Shown here in pieces: positions 18,272 to 27,079 of a stretch of DNA of 32,000 nt. Numbering within the stretch: position 1 is the stretch's first letter; each line of letters starts with the position of its first letter. The DNA comes from Aquifex aeolicus VF5 (GTDB taxonomy: Bacteria > Aquificota > Aquificia > Aquificales > Aquificaceae). The notes under the pieces are model-generated. The model was not told the origin of the DNA. It did no database searches and worked only from the letters and a program-made list of their open reading frames with translations. Both the position numbers and the translations under genes were made by a program. The DNA lies in NCBI RefSeq assembly GCF_000008625.1, contig NC_000918.1:1380001-1412000 (forward strand), read 5' to 3'.

Positions 18272-20833
18272 TTACCCTCCGCACTCTGGAAGTCCCTTCT
18301 TTAATTCTAAAACCCTTTCCTCTTCCCACTTCTCCAGTTTGAGACCTTCAAGCCTCTTGAGTATGCAGGAAGCGTCCTTCTTTGCTCCGAAGCTCTTTAA
18401 GAGTGTTGTACTTTCCAAAACTGCTCTCTTATAGAAGGGAAGGTCCTTCTTTTCGCTCAATACAACCTCAAGGAAGTACTCAAGGGCTTTTTTATCGTCT
18501 TCACCTTTGTACTCGTTGCCGAGGTAGTAAGCGGCGCTCAGGGCAACTTCAGGTTTTGCACTCTTGTAAGCAATAAAGAGGTATTTTCTCTTCTTCGTTT
18601 TTTCGTAAAGTTTTAGAGCTACTTCCTTTAATTCCTCGGATTCGGGGTACTTCTTTATGAGCCTGTTAAATAGCCTCTCCGCTTCCTTTATCCTCCCGAG
18701 CTTTAGGTATATCTGTATAGCTTTTACCTTTTCAGGGTCACTCCTCTTTTCAAGGAGTCTAGCGAGCTTAAGGAGGTTTCCCCTTTCTTCGTAAAAGGTA
18801 ACGAGTTTAGCAAAAGCCTCCTCCGCTACGGCCTTATCCTTTGACTTTAAAAGGTTTATTAAAATCCTTTCCTTTTCTGAGGGATTGTCTACAACATCCG
18901 CTAGGAGCAGTGAAGCCCTGTCCCTGTATTCGGGATTATTTACGAGCTTCCTGAGTATGAACTGTGCTTCTACCTTTCTCCCCTCCTTCGCGTAAATTCG
19001 CGCAAGCTGGAGCTTGAGTTCAGGAAGGAGGGGACTGTTCGGATACTTCTCCTCAAAGTCTTTTACTATTTTTTCAAGCTCCTTTGTGGGGGCTTCTATC
19101 TCAATCTGTGCAACACCGAGGAGTGCTTCCTTCGCCTCCGGATTCTGGGAGTACTTACTGAGTATTAGTGTGTATATGGCCCTTGCCTTTTCCTTTTGCC
19201 CGAGGTTGTAATAGGAGTCCGCAAGTTTTAGGAGGGCTTTTAACCTGTACTCCTCGTTTTGAGTGAGTTTCTCGAAGTAAGGAATAGCCTTTTCGTACTC
19301 CCCGTCTATGAAATAACTGAGCCCCGTGAGGTAAACTTCTTCAGGTGTTTCGTTGTAAAGGAACTTCCTCGCCAGTTCCCCTTTACCGAGCGAAATCGCA
19401 GCCTTTGCCTTTAGTACCCTTGCCTCGTAAGAGTTATCATCTTTGAGAAGTTCAAGAACCTTTTCGTAATCTCCCGCGTTGAAGTAAGCTACCGCTTTGT
19501 AGTAAGGGTTGTCGAAGTACTTTTCTGCCTCAAGCCAGTTTCCTTTTTTGAATAGGTACCAGCCGTAATACTCTTTGTAAAGTTTAGGGTACTTTCCTGC
19601 GATCTCTTCGAGTGTTTTCAGGAACTCATCTTCCATGTCCGTAGAGTAGAGCACTTCCAGTAGAAGTCTGTAGTACTCCCTGTCTCTGTCTTTGACATTT
19701 TTGAGAATTTCATAGGCTTTTTCGTAATCCTTTAACTTTAGGGCTGCGTATACTGCGTACTTCCACTTCCCCGCCTTCTCAAAGTATTCAAGAGCTTTCC
19801 TGTAATTTCCTCCGTTGTACGCCTTTACACCTGCGTACTCAAGTACCCACTTCTCTCCGGTTTTTCTGTACACGAAGTCCGCAAGGGAATGATCTTTAAG
19901 GAAAAGAGAGAGGTAAACACTCTTTGCAAGTTCCGGGTTTAAGGTTTCCAGTATCACAGCGTAATCCAGAGCTTCCTTCGTTTTCCCTTCGTTCAGGGCT
20001 ATTAGAGCTAAGTAGTAAAGGACTACATCCCTGTAAGGTATGAGCTTGTCTTTAAATTCCAGTAAGATTTTTTTAGCCTCCTCTAATCTGCCCCAGTTAA
20101 AGAGCTTTATAGCCCTCCTTACCTTTGTGCTTATGAGGTAATCGAGGTTAGGTCTTCCCGCTATGAAGTCGTTAACGTAGGCACAGTACTTTTTAAAGGT
20201 GTACCTCTGACAGTTTTGAATTTCCTTTTTTGGGATAATTCCGCTCTCTCTTATCATGTAGACGTACTTCCAGAGTAAGGGCTCCTCCGTGGGGTAGGGT
20301 TTTTCGAAGAGCTGGAAGTAAAGTGCGAAGAAACTCTCACAGGAGGGCATGGTGTACATATGTGCGGTGTTGCAGGCTTCTTCAAAGAGTTTTAAAGCCT
20401 CTTCTTTTTTGCCTTTCTTGACGTAAACGAGACCGAGGATGTACTTTCCCGCGTTAGTGTAGGGCGAGTTAGGTATGGAAATTAAATCCTTTAAGTACTT
20501 TTCCGAGGCAAAGAGGTTTCCCTTTTTGTAAGCTTCAACGGCGTTTTTGTACAGGTTTACGTCCTTCGGAGCTCCGCAACCTCCCTCCTTTGGAACGTAA
20601 AGCTCGGCTTCCTCTATCTCCTTCGGAGGTTCTAACACTTTTCCGATGATGTTTTGGAGAATTACCTCTCTCTTTCTGAAGGAGAGTTTATCTGGCGGGA
20701 TGTAGGGGGGCTTTTCAACCTTTATTATGTCTTTTACTTTGACTTTTACAGTCAGTTCTTTTTGCAGTTCTTCGGAAAAAAGAAGCAGGGGGATTAATAA
20801 TAAAAGACTAAAGAGCTTTATGGGCTTCAACAT
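18272..20833 (-). CDS. Large secreted or envelope TPR-repeat protein
   Basis: 853 aa, signal peptide-like N-terminus (MLKPIKLFSLLLLIPLLLFSEE), many TPR-like repeats such as YEKAIPYFEKLTQNEEYRLKALLKLADSYYNLGQKEKARAIY. Confidence 0.88.
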   Translation of the reverse strand: MLKPIKLFSLLLLIPLLLFSEELQKELTVKVKVKDIIKVEKPPYIPPDKLSFRKREVILQNIIGKVLEPPKEIEEAELYVPKEGGCGAPKDVNLYKNAVEAYKKGNLFASEKYLKDLISIPNSPYTNAGKYILGLVYVKKGKKEEALKLFEEACNTAHMYTMPSCESFFALYFQLFEKPYPTEEPLLWKYVYMIRESGIIPKKEIQNCQRYTFKKYCAYVNDFIAGRPNLDYLISTKVRRAIKLFNWGRLEEAKKILLEFKDKLIPYRDVVLYYLALIALNEGKTKEALDYAVILETLNPELAKSVYLSLFLKDHSLADFVYRKTGEKWVLEYAGVKAYNGGNYRKALEYFEKAGKWKYAVYAALKLKDYEKAYEILKNVKDRDREYYRLLLEVLYSTDMEDEFLKTLEEIAGKYPKLYKEYYGWYLFKKGNWLEAEKYFDNPYYKAVAYFNAGDYEKVLELLKDDNSYEARVLKAKAAISLGKGELARKFLYNETPEEVYLTGLSYFIDGEYEKAIPYFEKLTQNEEYRLKALLKLADSYYNLGQKEKARAIYTLILSKYSQNPEAKEALLGVAQIEIEAPTKELEKIVKDFEEKYPNSPLLPELKLQLARIYAKEGRKVEAQFILRKLVNNPEYRDRASLLLADVVDNPSEKERILINLLKSKDKAVAEEAFAKLVTFYEERGNLLKLARLLEKRSDPEKVKAIQIYLKLGRIKEAERLFNRLIKKYPESEELKEVALKLYEKTKKRKYLFIAYKSAKPEVALSAAYYLGNEYKGEDDKKALEYFLEVVLSEKKDLPFYKRAVLESTTLLKSFGAKKDASCILKRLEGLKLEKWEEERVLELKKGLPECGG

Positions 20834-21446
20834 ACAAATCCCCCAAGTGACACGTAATGTTGAGCTTTTGAATCACGTTCCTCCCTTCACTGTCTAAGTA
20901 TACCACCGAGTAAGAGGCGTTGTCACACCCAAAACTCCAGAACTTAGAAAGGTCAATGTCCAGCACCGCACAGTAAAGACATCGTATAGGAACCGTGTGG
21001 GATACTACTGCAACCGTCTTCTCGTTGTAATTCTTCAGTAAGAATTCAAGAAAATTTTTAACTCTTTTAAAAACGTCTAAAAGGGATTCTCCGCCTTCAA
21101 ACTTTACTCTGTGAGGTTCTTTTAACCACTTCTCAAATTCTTTCGGAAATTTTTGTTTCACTTCTTCAACCAGAAGTCCGGACCACTTCCCGTGGTCTAT
21201 CTCTATCACTCTTTCTTCGGGAATAGGCTCAAGTCCTATCTCCTCACCTATAATTTTTGCGGTTTTAAAAGTTCTTTTAAGGGGGGAGGAGAAGAGAACC
21301 TGAATGTTTTCTTTTTTTAGGGCCTTTGCAAGCCTCCTTGCCTGCTCAACACCCCTTTCAGTTAAATCCGGATCGAGGAGTCCCTGATAGCGTCCTATGG
21401 GATTCCATTCGCTTTCCGCATGCCTTACAACTATGAGCTTGAGCAT
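20808..21446 (-). CDS. Histidine phosphatase superfamily protein, probable metal-independent phosphoserine phosphatase type
   Basis: 212 aa. VVRHAESEWNPIGRYQGLLDPDLTERG, SSPLKRTFKTA, EIDHGKWSG and VVSHTVPIRCLY. Confidence 0.88.
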   Translation of the reverse strand: MLKLIVVRHAESEWNPIGRYQGLLDPDLTERGVEQARRLAKALKKENIQVLFSSPLKRTFKTAKIIGEEIGLEPIPEERVIEIDHGKWSGLLVEEVKQKFPKEFEKWLKEPHRVKFEGGESLLDVFKRVKNFLEFLLKNYNEKTVAVVSHTVPIRCLYCAVLDIDLSKFWSFGCDNASYSVVYLDSEGRNVIQKLNITCHLGDLYVEAHKAL

Positions 21447-21454
21447 TCATAAAA

Positions 21455-22453
21455 TTATATACACTCCTGTCCCATCTTCCTTGCAAGCTCACAGAGTCTC
21501 TGTATTCTCTTTTCCGTTGAAGGGTGTGTAGAGAGTAGTTCCATTATTCCACCGCCCTTTAGGGGATTTTCTATGAAGAGGTGTGCTGTTCCGGGATTTA
21601 CATTTGCGGGAACCTGCATTACGTACTCTTCAATCTTTTTGAGTGCCCTCGCAAGTGCCACTGGACAACCGCATATCTTGGCTCCGGTCTCGTCCGCGAA
21701 GTACTCCCTTGAACGGGATATTGCGAGCTGTACGATCGTGGCTATTATGGGAACGATTATGATCATAAGTATTGCACCTATCATTTCTGCAAAACCGCCA
21801 CCTTCCTCTTCTTCATTCCTGTTGAGTCCTCCGAAGAATAGTGCCCACTGTGCCATGTTTGCGAGGAATCCTATCGCTCCCGCTATGGTTGCCGCTATGG
21901 TTGCAACGAGGACGTCCCTGTTTTTAATGTGTGCAAGTTCGTGAGCGAGAACACCCTTCAATTCCTCCTGATCCAGTATTTCAAGAATTCCTCTCGTTAC
22001 CGCAACAGCTGCGTGCCCCGGTCCTCTTCCCGTTGCAAAGGCATTTGGCTGTTCCATGGGAACTAAGTAGATTTTTGGCTTTGGCATGTTAGCCCTTCTT
22101 GCGAGCTCTTCCACTATCTGGTGTAGCCACGGAGCTTCTTCATACGGTATTTCCCTCGCACCGTACATGGAGAGGACTATCTTGTCTGAGAACCAGTAAC
22201 TCATAAAGTTCATAAAACCTGCGATAATAAGGGCGATTAACATTCCGGCAGTTCCACCGATAATCCCGCCTATAGCCATTAAAAGACCGTTAAAACTCCG
22301 AGAAGTATTACAGTTCTTAACGTCCAGCTCATCACCAAACCTCAGAAATTCTCTCTCACTCATAGGTTCATACTCGATATTAAAAACGGGCTTGCCAGAG
22401 TCTATAAGGAGATAATAATACAAAACACTCTTTGAATTTATGACACTCTTCAA
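21455..22453 (-). CDS. htpX: HtpX-type M48 zinc metalloprotease; N-terminal about 55 residues of this ORF look like a GH114 tail, not HtpX
   Basis: 332 aa with TTG start in the track. VLAHELAHIKNRDVLVATIAATIAGAI, SREYFADETGA and STHPSTEKRIQRL. HtpX-like similarity begins around residues 57-59 (LLMAIGGIIGG); alternative ATG starts at 22363 and 22279. Confidence 0.88.
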   Translation of the reverse strand: MKSVINSKSVLYYYLLIDSGKPVFNIEYEPMSEREFLRFGDELDVKNCNTSRSFNGLLMAIGGIIGGTAGMLIALIIAGFMNFMSYWFSDKIVLSMYGAREIPYEEAPWLHQIVEELARRANMPKPKIYLVPMEQPNAFATGRGPGHAAVAVTRGILEILDQEELKGVLAHELAHIKNRDVLVATIAATIAGAIGFLANMAQWALFFGGLNRNEEEEGGGFAEMIGAILMIIIVPIIATIVQLAISRSREYFADETGAKICGCPVALARALKKIEEYVMQVPANVNPGTAHLFIENPLKGGGIMELLSTHPSTEKRIQRLCELARKMGQECI

Positions 22454-23027
22454 CTACGGAAAAGTCAAAGTAATTTAAGAGTTCCTCCACCAGAACTCCG
22501 TTGTTCTTGAGTCCTATCTTAAGTCCGATTTTCTTTGCCTCTCTGCTCAGAAATACAGCGTAATCTTTAAGGTCTTCTTTTGTGAGGTTAAATCCTGTAT
22601 CGTACAGGTATATGTCAAGGTTATCCGGATCAACACCATCACACCCTTTTTGCTTTGCGAGTTTAAGTCTCTTTACCATGAGTTCCCTTACTTTTTCGTT
22701 TCTGACATCCAAAAAGTACTCACCTTCCCATCCCTCATAAGGTTTTCCTATAGCTTCTTTCGGAAACTCATTTGCATCGGGTCTCCACTCTTCCCAAGTT
22801 CCCGCGGAGAAATAACAAATAACGGTTTTACCTTTGGCTTTTAATTCGTTTATCACTTGAACGGAGTTATCAAAAAGATCTATGTCGTAAAGTTCTACGT
22901 TTTTCGTAGTATCCACTTTACCTTTAAGTTGTATATACCAAGTAATCTGTGGCGCTTTTTTGTCAGTACCCCCACCGCCATCACAGGAAAATGCAAAAAA
23001 TATTAAAAGATTAAAGAGCGTAACCAA
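22380..23027 (-). CDS. GH114 family (TM1410-like) putative endo-alpha-1,4-polygalactosaminidase lipoprotein, C-terminus disrupted by an apparent frameshift
   Basis: 215 aa. Lipoprotein-like MVTLFNLLIFFAFSCDG, then WYIQLKGKVDTTKNVELYDIDLFD, VICYFSAGTWEEWRPD, FLDVRNEKVRELMVKRLKLAKQKGCDGVDPDNLDIY and FSVVEECHKFKEC. Confidence 0.85.
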   Translation of the reverse strand: MVTLFNLLIFFAFSCDGGGGTDKKAPQITWYIQLKGKVDTTKNVELYDIDLFDNSVQVINELKAKGKTVICYFSAGTWEEWRPDANEFPKEAIGKPYEGWEGEYFLDVRNEKVRELMVKRLKLAKQKGCDGVDPDNLDIYLYDTGFNLTKEDLKDYAVFLSREAKKIGLKIGLKNNGVLVEELLNYFDFSVVEECHKFKECFVLLSPYRLWQARF

Positions 23028-23916
23028 ATAACCTGACGTATTCAGGTCTTCTCCTCCAGTCCGGTACCACCTTAACCCAGAGTTCCAGGTAAACGGGTCT
23101 GCCCAGAATTAATTCAAGTTCCTGTCTTGCCCTCTTCCCTATTTCTTTGAGTCTCTGGCCCTTCTTTCCGATGATTATGGGTTTAAGGTTTTCCCTGTCC
23201 ACTATTATTTCTCCCTTTATCACGAGCATGTTCGGGTTCGCGTCACCGGGTTTTATTTCATTTATCTTCACCGCTATGGACGTTGGAACTTCTTCTCTCG
23301 TTAGCATCATCGCCTTTTCCCTCACTATTTCCGCCGCAAGAAGTCTGAGGGGTAGATCAGTAATCATATCCTCGGGAAAGAGGGGTTCTCCCTCAGGCAG
23401 GTACTTCAAAATCGTCTTTACTAGTTCATCCAGGTTTGCACCTTTCAATGCACTAATCGGAACTATTTCCGTAAGTTCAGGGTGTTTCTTGTGTATCTCA
23501 TCTATTAAAGGAAGTACGTTTTTGGCAGGACCTATTTTGTCTATCTTGTTTATGACGACTATTACGGGTTTATTTAAGGGTTTAATAAAGTTCTGGTATA
23601 TCTCCTCGTCTCTCGGTCTCCAGCCTTCCGTTGCGTCAATCATAAAGAGAATTACGTCTGCTTCTTCCAGAGATTGTTTTGCTATTTCCACCATGGAATG
23701 TCCTAGAACATCTGACTTTTTCGGCTCGTATATACCGGGTGTGTCCAGGAATATAATCTGGGCTTCGTTGGGGATGTTTTTCACTCCAAGGACGCGCATA
23801 CGCGTAGTTCCGGCTTTTGGTGAAATGATAGATACTTTTGTCCCGAGTAAGTTGTTGAGTAGCGTGGACTTTCCCACGTTCGGTTTTCCGACTATTGCAA
23901 CGTATCCGACCTTCAT
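23011..23916 (-). CDS. era: GTPase Era
   Basis: 301 aa. VAIVGKPNVGKSTLLNNLLG, ISPKAGTTRMRVLG, FLDTPGIYEP, VINKIDKI, and C-terminal KH domain VIKGEIIVDRENLKPIIIGKKGQRLKEIGKRARQELE. Confidence 0.97.
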   Translation of the reverse strand: MKVGYVAIVGKPNVGKSTLLNNLLGTKVSIISPKAGTTRMRVLGVKNIPNEAQIIFLDTPGIYEPKKSDVLGHSMVEIAKQSLEEADVILFMIDATEGWRPRDEEIYQNFIKPLNKPVIVVINKIDKIGPAKNVLPLIDEIHKKHPELTEIVPISALKGANLDELVKTILKYLPEGEPLFPEDMITDLPLRLLAAEIVREKAMMLTREEVPTSIAVKINEIKPGDANPNMLVIKGEIIVDRENLKPIIIGKKGQRLKEIGKRARQELELILGRPVYLELWVKVVPDWRRRPEYVRLFGYAL

Positions 23917-23978
23917 AAAAACCTCCGTTTACTAAACTTAATTTTCTTTATAAAGAATATATCATATTTTCCTTTTGG

Positions 23979-24668
23979 CTACCTCTTCAGGAGTTTTAGT
24001 AGGTAAAATATAGCGGTTTGCGTGGAGAGAAACCTGTTTTCGTTCCTGCTTCCTTTAAAAATCCTCTTAATTACCGTCAATTTATCCTTTACAAAGATTC
24101 CTATGTAGGTAAGACCTTGAGGTTTTGTAAGTGTTCCGCCCGGCCCGGCTATGCCCGTTATCGCTATCCCACAGTCAGTTCCTAAATTGCTCTTCAGTCC
24201 TACCGTCATCTCCAAGCACGTTTGCCAGGAAACCGCACCGTATTTTTTTAGCGTATCCTCACTGACGCATAGATACTTTACCTTCAAATCGTTCGAGTAA
24301 ACCACAAAACCTCCGACGAAGTACTCGGAACTTCCCGGAACGTTTACAATCCTCGAAGACAGCATACCCGCTGTACAACTTTCTGCAGTCGAGAGAGTAA
24401 AACCTTTTTCCTTTAAAATTCTGCCGAGAGTTTCCTCTAAACTTTCGGGTCTATCCGTGTAAACGTAATCACTCAGGATTTCCTTAGCTTTTTTCCATTC
24501 TTCTTCCTTCTCAAAAGTAAGGTCAACTCCGCTCAAAGATGCAAGGATTTCGTAGTTTAAGTCCTTTAATTTTTCTTTTACTTGTCCTTCTTTAATCTCA
24601 AAGGTTCTGAGAACGTACTTTCCTTCAGGTATTTTTTCCTCACAGGGGAAGGGCAGTAGTGTACTCAT
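23979..24668 (-). CDS. CinA C-terminal (PncC-type nicotinamide-nucleotide amidase) protein lacking the N-terminal MoaB-like domain
   Basis: LSTAESCTAGMLSSRIVNVPGSSEYFVGGFVVYSNDLK and ITGIAGPGGTLTKPQGLTYIG. The track starts at 24689; ATG at 24668 (MSTLLPFPCEE) is more likely. Confidence 0.88.
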   Translation of the reverse strand: MSTLLPFPCEEKIPEGKYVLRTFEIKEGQVKEKLKDLNYEILASLSGVDLTFEKEEEWKKAKEILSDYVYTDRPESLEETLGRILKEKGFTLSTAESCTAGMLSSRIVNVPGSSEYFVGGFVVYSNDLKVKYLCVSEDTLKKYGAVSWQTCLEMTVGLKSNLGTDCGIAITGIAGPGGTLTKPQGLTYIGIFVKDKLTVIKRIFKGSRNENRFLSTQTAIFYLLKLLKR

Positions 24669-24706
24669 ATTATAATTGTAGATAAACAAAAAGAAGGAGG
24701 TGGAAA

Positions 24707-25402
24707 ATGGGACAAATGGTGGAGTTTGAGAAAAACGGAGTTAAGGTCAGGGGATACATAGCTACTCCGAAGTGGGCTGGTCCTGCGGTGTTGGTCTTTC
24801 ACGAGTGGTGGGGGCTTGAAAGTCCGCTTTCCAATATAAAGGAGATATGTGACAAACTGGCGGATGAGGGATTTGTAGCCTTTGCTCCGGACTTTTACAA
24901 GGGTCAATATGCGGACAACCCGGACGATGCGGGAAAACTCATGACCGAGATGTTTGAAAAGAGAATGGACGAAGTCGATAGAATATTTCAGGCTTCCGTT
25001 GAGTTCGTAAAAGAGTGCAGGTACACATACCCTAAAAAAGTGGGGATAACCGGTTTTTGTTGTGGTGGAACACTTGCGATGTACTTTGCCGCAAAGTTTC
25101 CCGAAATGGTAGACGCAAGCCTGCCATTCTACGGACTACCTCAACTTACTCAGATAAATGCAGAAAATATAAAAGTACCTATTTTCTTCATACTTGCGGA
25201 AAAAGACGAATTCGTTAATAACGACGAAGTAATAGACATAGCAAAGACAGTATGGAAAAATGGAGTGGACGTTCAGGTAAAAGTATTCTCCGGCGTTACG
25301 CATGCGTTCTTAAACGAAAAGAGAGAGGACGTTTACGATCCCAAGCGTGCCTGTGAAGCGTGGGAACTGGCGGTAAACTTCTTCAAAACATACCTCAAAT
25401 AA
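24707..25402 (+). CDS. Dienelactone hydrolase family protein
   Basis: 231 aa. VLVFHEWWGLESPLSNIKEICDKLADEGF, VGITGFCCGGTLAMYFA and FSGVTHAF; AGGAGG ribosome-binding site. Confidence 0.94.
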   Translation: MGQMVEFEKNGVKVRGYIATPKWAGPAVLVFHEWWGLESPLSNIKEICDKLADEGFVAFAPDFYKGQYADNPDDAGKLMTEMFEKRMDEVDRIFQASVEFVKECRYTYPKKVGITGFCCGGTLAMYFAAKFPEMVDASLPFYGLPQLTQINAENIKVPIFFILAEKDEFVNNDEVIDIAKTVWKNGVDVQVKVFSGVTHAFLNEKREDVYDPKRACEAWELAVNFFKTYLK

Positions 25403-25416
25403 CCTCCTCCCTCCTC

Positions 25417-25443
25417 TAAAACTTTTTTCTTTTCCTCCGATAA
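25417..25443 (+). promoter_or_regulatory. Putative sigma-28 (FliA) promoter of fliC
   Basis: TAAA(25417-25420)-N15-TCCGATAA(25436-25443), one mismatch to the TAAA-N15-GCCGATAA consensus, 37 nt before the flagellin ATG. Confidence 0.8.
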
Positions 25444-25480
25444 ATATAAATGACAAAACCTTAAAAAGGAGGTAAAAGGG

Positions 25481-27037
25481 ATGGCAACGAGGATTAATTA
25501 CAATTATGAGGCTGCCGTTACTTATACTAGTTTAAAACAAAACGAGAGGTTGATGAATAAGTCCCTCTTAAGGCTTTCTACCGGTCTCAGGATACTCTCC
25601 GCAGCGGACGACGCTTCCGGACTATTCATAGCGGATCAGCTTGCACTCGTATCCGCAGGACTTGAGCAGGGTAACAGGAACATTCAGTTCGGTATTTCCG
25701 CACTCCAGATAGCCGAAGGTGGAGTATCCCAAATTTACGACAAACTAAAGACAATGTACCAAAAGGCTGTAAGTGCCGCAAATGATATTAATGACCCGAA
25801 TGCAAGGGCTGCACTCCAGAGGGACATAGAAAACTTAAGAGATGCTATTTTGAAAATCGCACAGGATACAGAATACAACGGAATAAGACTTCTAAACGGT
25901 TCTTTCAATAACGTAAGAATTCACTACGGTGCGAGAAGTGCTCAAACGCTATCCGTGAGCATATCAAGTGTATTACCACAACAACTTGGTGGATACGTAG
26001 CAGAAGATTCTCCAGCCACCGCAACGGATACGAATAACGTTCTTACAAATATAGGCACAACGAATACCAACTATTCAGTGGCAAGCGGTGATTCTTTAGC
26101 GTTTACATTCACAGACGGGACAAGCATAACGTTTAACTCCTTAAACCAGCTCGGATATGACTTCAACAATACTGGAACTTACATACTTGACGCATCCGCA
26201 ATTGTGAATACGATAAACAACAACCCGACACTTCAAGGGAAAGGAATAAGGGCTTATGCGGAGAACGTATCGGAAGCTGACCTGACATTTGATACGACAA
26301 ATGTGAATATTGACCAAGGTGATGAAGTAACTATTACATTCTACTCAGGAGGAGAACTTGTATTTACAAAGACGTATACAGATACGGTAACACTAGACCA
26401 GTTTATAGCTGATATAAACAACCAGGCTGGTGGAAAGCTTATAGCTTCAAAGGACCCTTCAGGAACCAAACTCGTTCTTTCCACACCAAACGGGGAAACC
26501 ATATCTGTTGAAGTAACAGTAAACGATGCAGATGGAGATACAGTAGTAAGCAGTATAAACCTGGGGGCTCTTCTGCAAGGTGCAGCTGGAACTGTAGTTA
26601 ATACCAGTGGAGCTACAGCATCCGCGGTAAAAGTCGGAACGCTTATCGTAATGGGTTCAGAAAACTTCACAGTTCAAGGAACCGGAATAGCATACTTTAC
26701 AGCAGCTACGAGCGGAACATTCAACTCACTTAATGATGTAGACGTAACAACTAACAAAGGTGCTGAAATCGCTCAGGTTTTAATCCAGAGGGCTGTAAGA
26801 CAAGTTGACACCATACGCACCCAGATAGGTTCAACTATAAACAACCTCCAAGCTATCTACGACGCTCAAGCGGTTGCTAAAGACAACACGGACAACGCAG
26901 AAAGCATAATTAGGAACGTGGACTTTGCTAAGGAAATGACTGAATTCACTAAATATCAAATAAGGATGCAGTCCGGAGTGGCTATGCTCGCACAAGCAAA
27001 CGCTCTACCTCAACTGGTTCTCCAGCTCCTCAGGTAA
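25481..27037 (+). CDS. fliC: Flagellin
   Basis: 518 aa. N-terminal ...SLLRLSTGLRILSAADDASGLFIADQL and C-terminal IRNVDFAKEMTEFTKYQIRMQSGVAMLAQANALPQLVLQLL; good RBS (AAGGAGG). Confidence 0.98.
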   Translation: MATRINYNYEAAVTYTSLKQNERLMNKSLLRLSTGLRILSAADDASGLFIADQLALVSAGLEQGNRNIQFGISALQIAEGGVSQIYDKLKTMYQKAVSAANDINDPNARAALQRDIENLRDAILKIAQDTEYNGIRLLNGSFNNVRIHYGARSAQTLSVSISSVLPQQLGGYVAEDSPATATDTNNVLTNIGTTNTNYSVASGDSLAFTFTDGTSITFNSLNQLGYDFNNTGTYILDASAIVNTINNNPTLQGKGIRAYAENVSEADLTFDTTNVNIDQGDEVTITFYSGGELVFTKTYTDTVTLDQFIADINNQAGGKLIASKDPSGTKLVLSTPNGETISVEVTVNDADGDTVVSSINLGALLQGAAGTVVNTSGATASAVKVGTLIVMGSENFTVQGTGIAYFTAATSGTFNSLNDVDVTTNKGAEIAQVLIQRAVRQVDTIRTQIGSTINNLQAIYDAQAVAKDNTDNAESIIRNVDFAKEMTEFTKYQIRMQSGVAMLAQANALPQLVLQLLR

Positions 27038-27077
27038 TGTTTCCTTTTCCCTTTTCTTTTTACCTTTTGAGGGGCTG
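27023..27077 (+). promoter_or_regulatory. Putative intercistronic stem-loop between fliC and flaG
   Basis: CAGCTCCTCA(27023-27032) can pair with TGAGGGGCTG(27068-27077), 10 bp with one G-U; the 3' arm includes the flaG ribosome-binding site. Confidence 0.5.
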
Positions 27078-27079
27078 AG

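Noticed and set aside
23147-23935. 262 aa plus-strand ORF antisense to era
   Set aside because: The era frame is unambiguous (GTPase and KH motifs). The antisense frame is composition-driven, rich in Ser/Phe/Ile, without RBS or family match.
26341-26670. 109 aa minus-strand ORF inside fliC
   Set aside because: Antisense to the variable central domain of flagellin; Thr/Ser/Val-rich flagellin coding commonly yields shadow ORFs.
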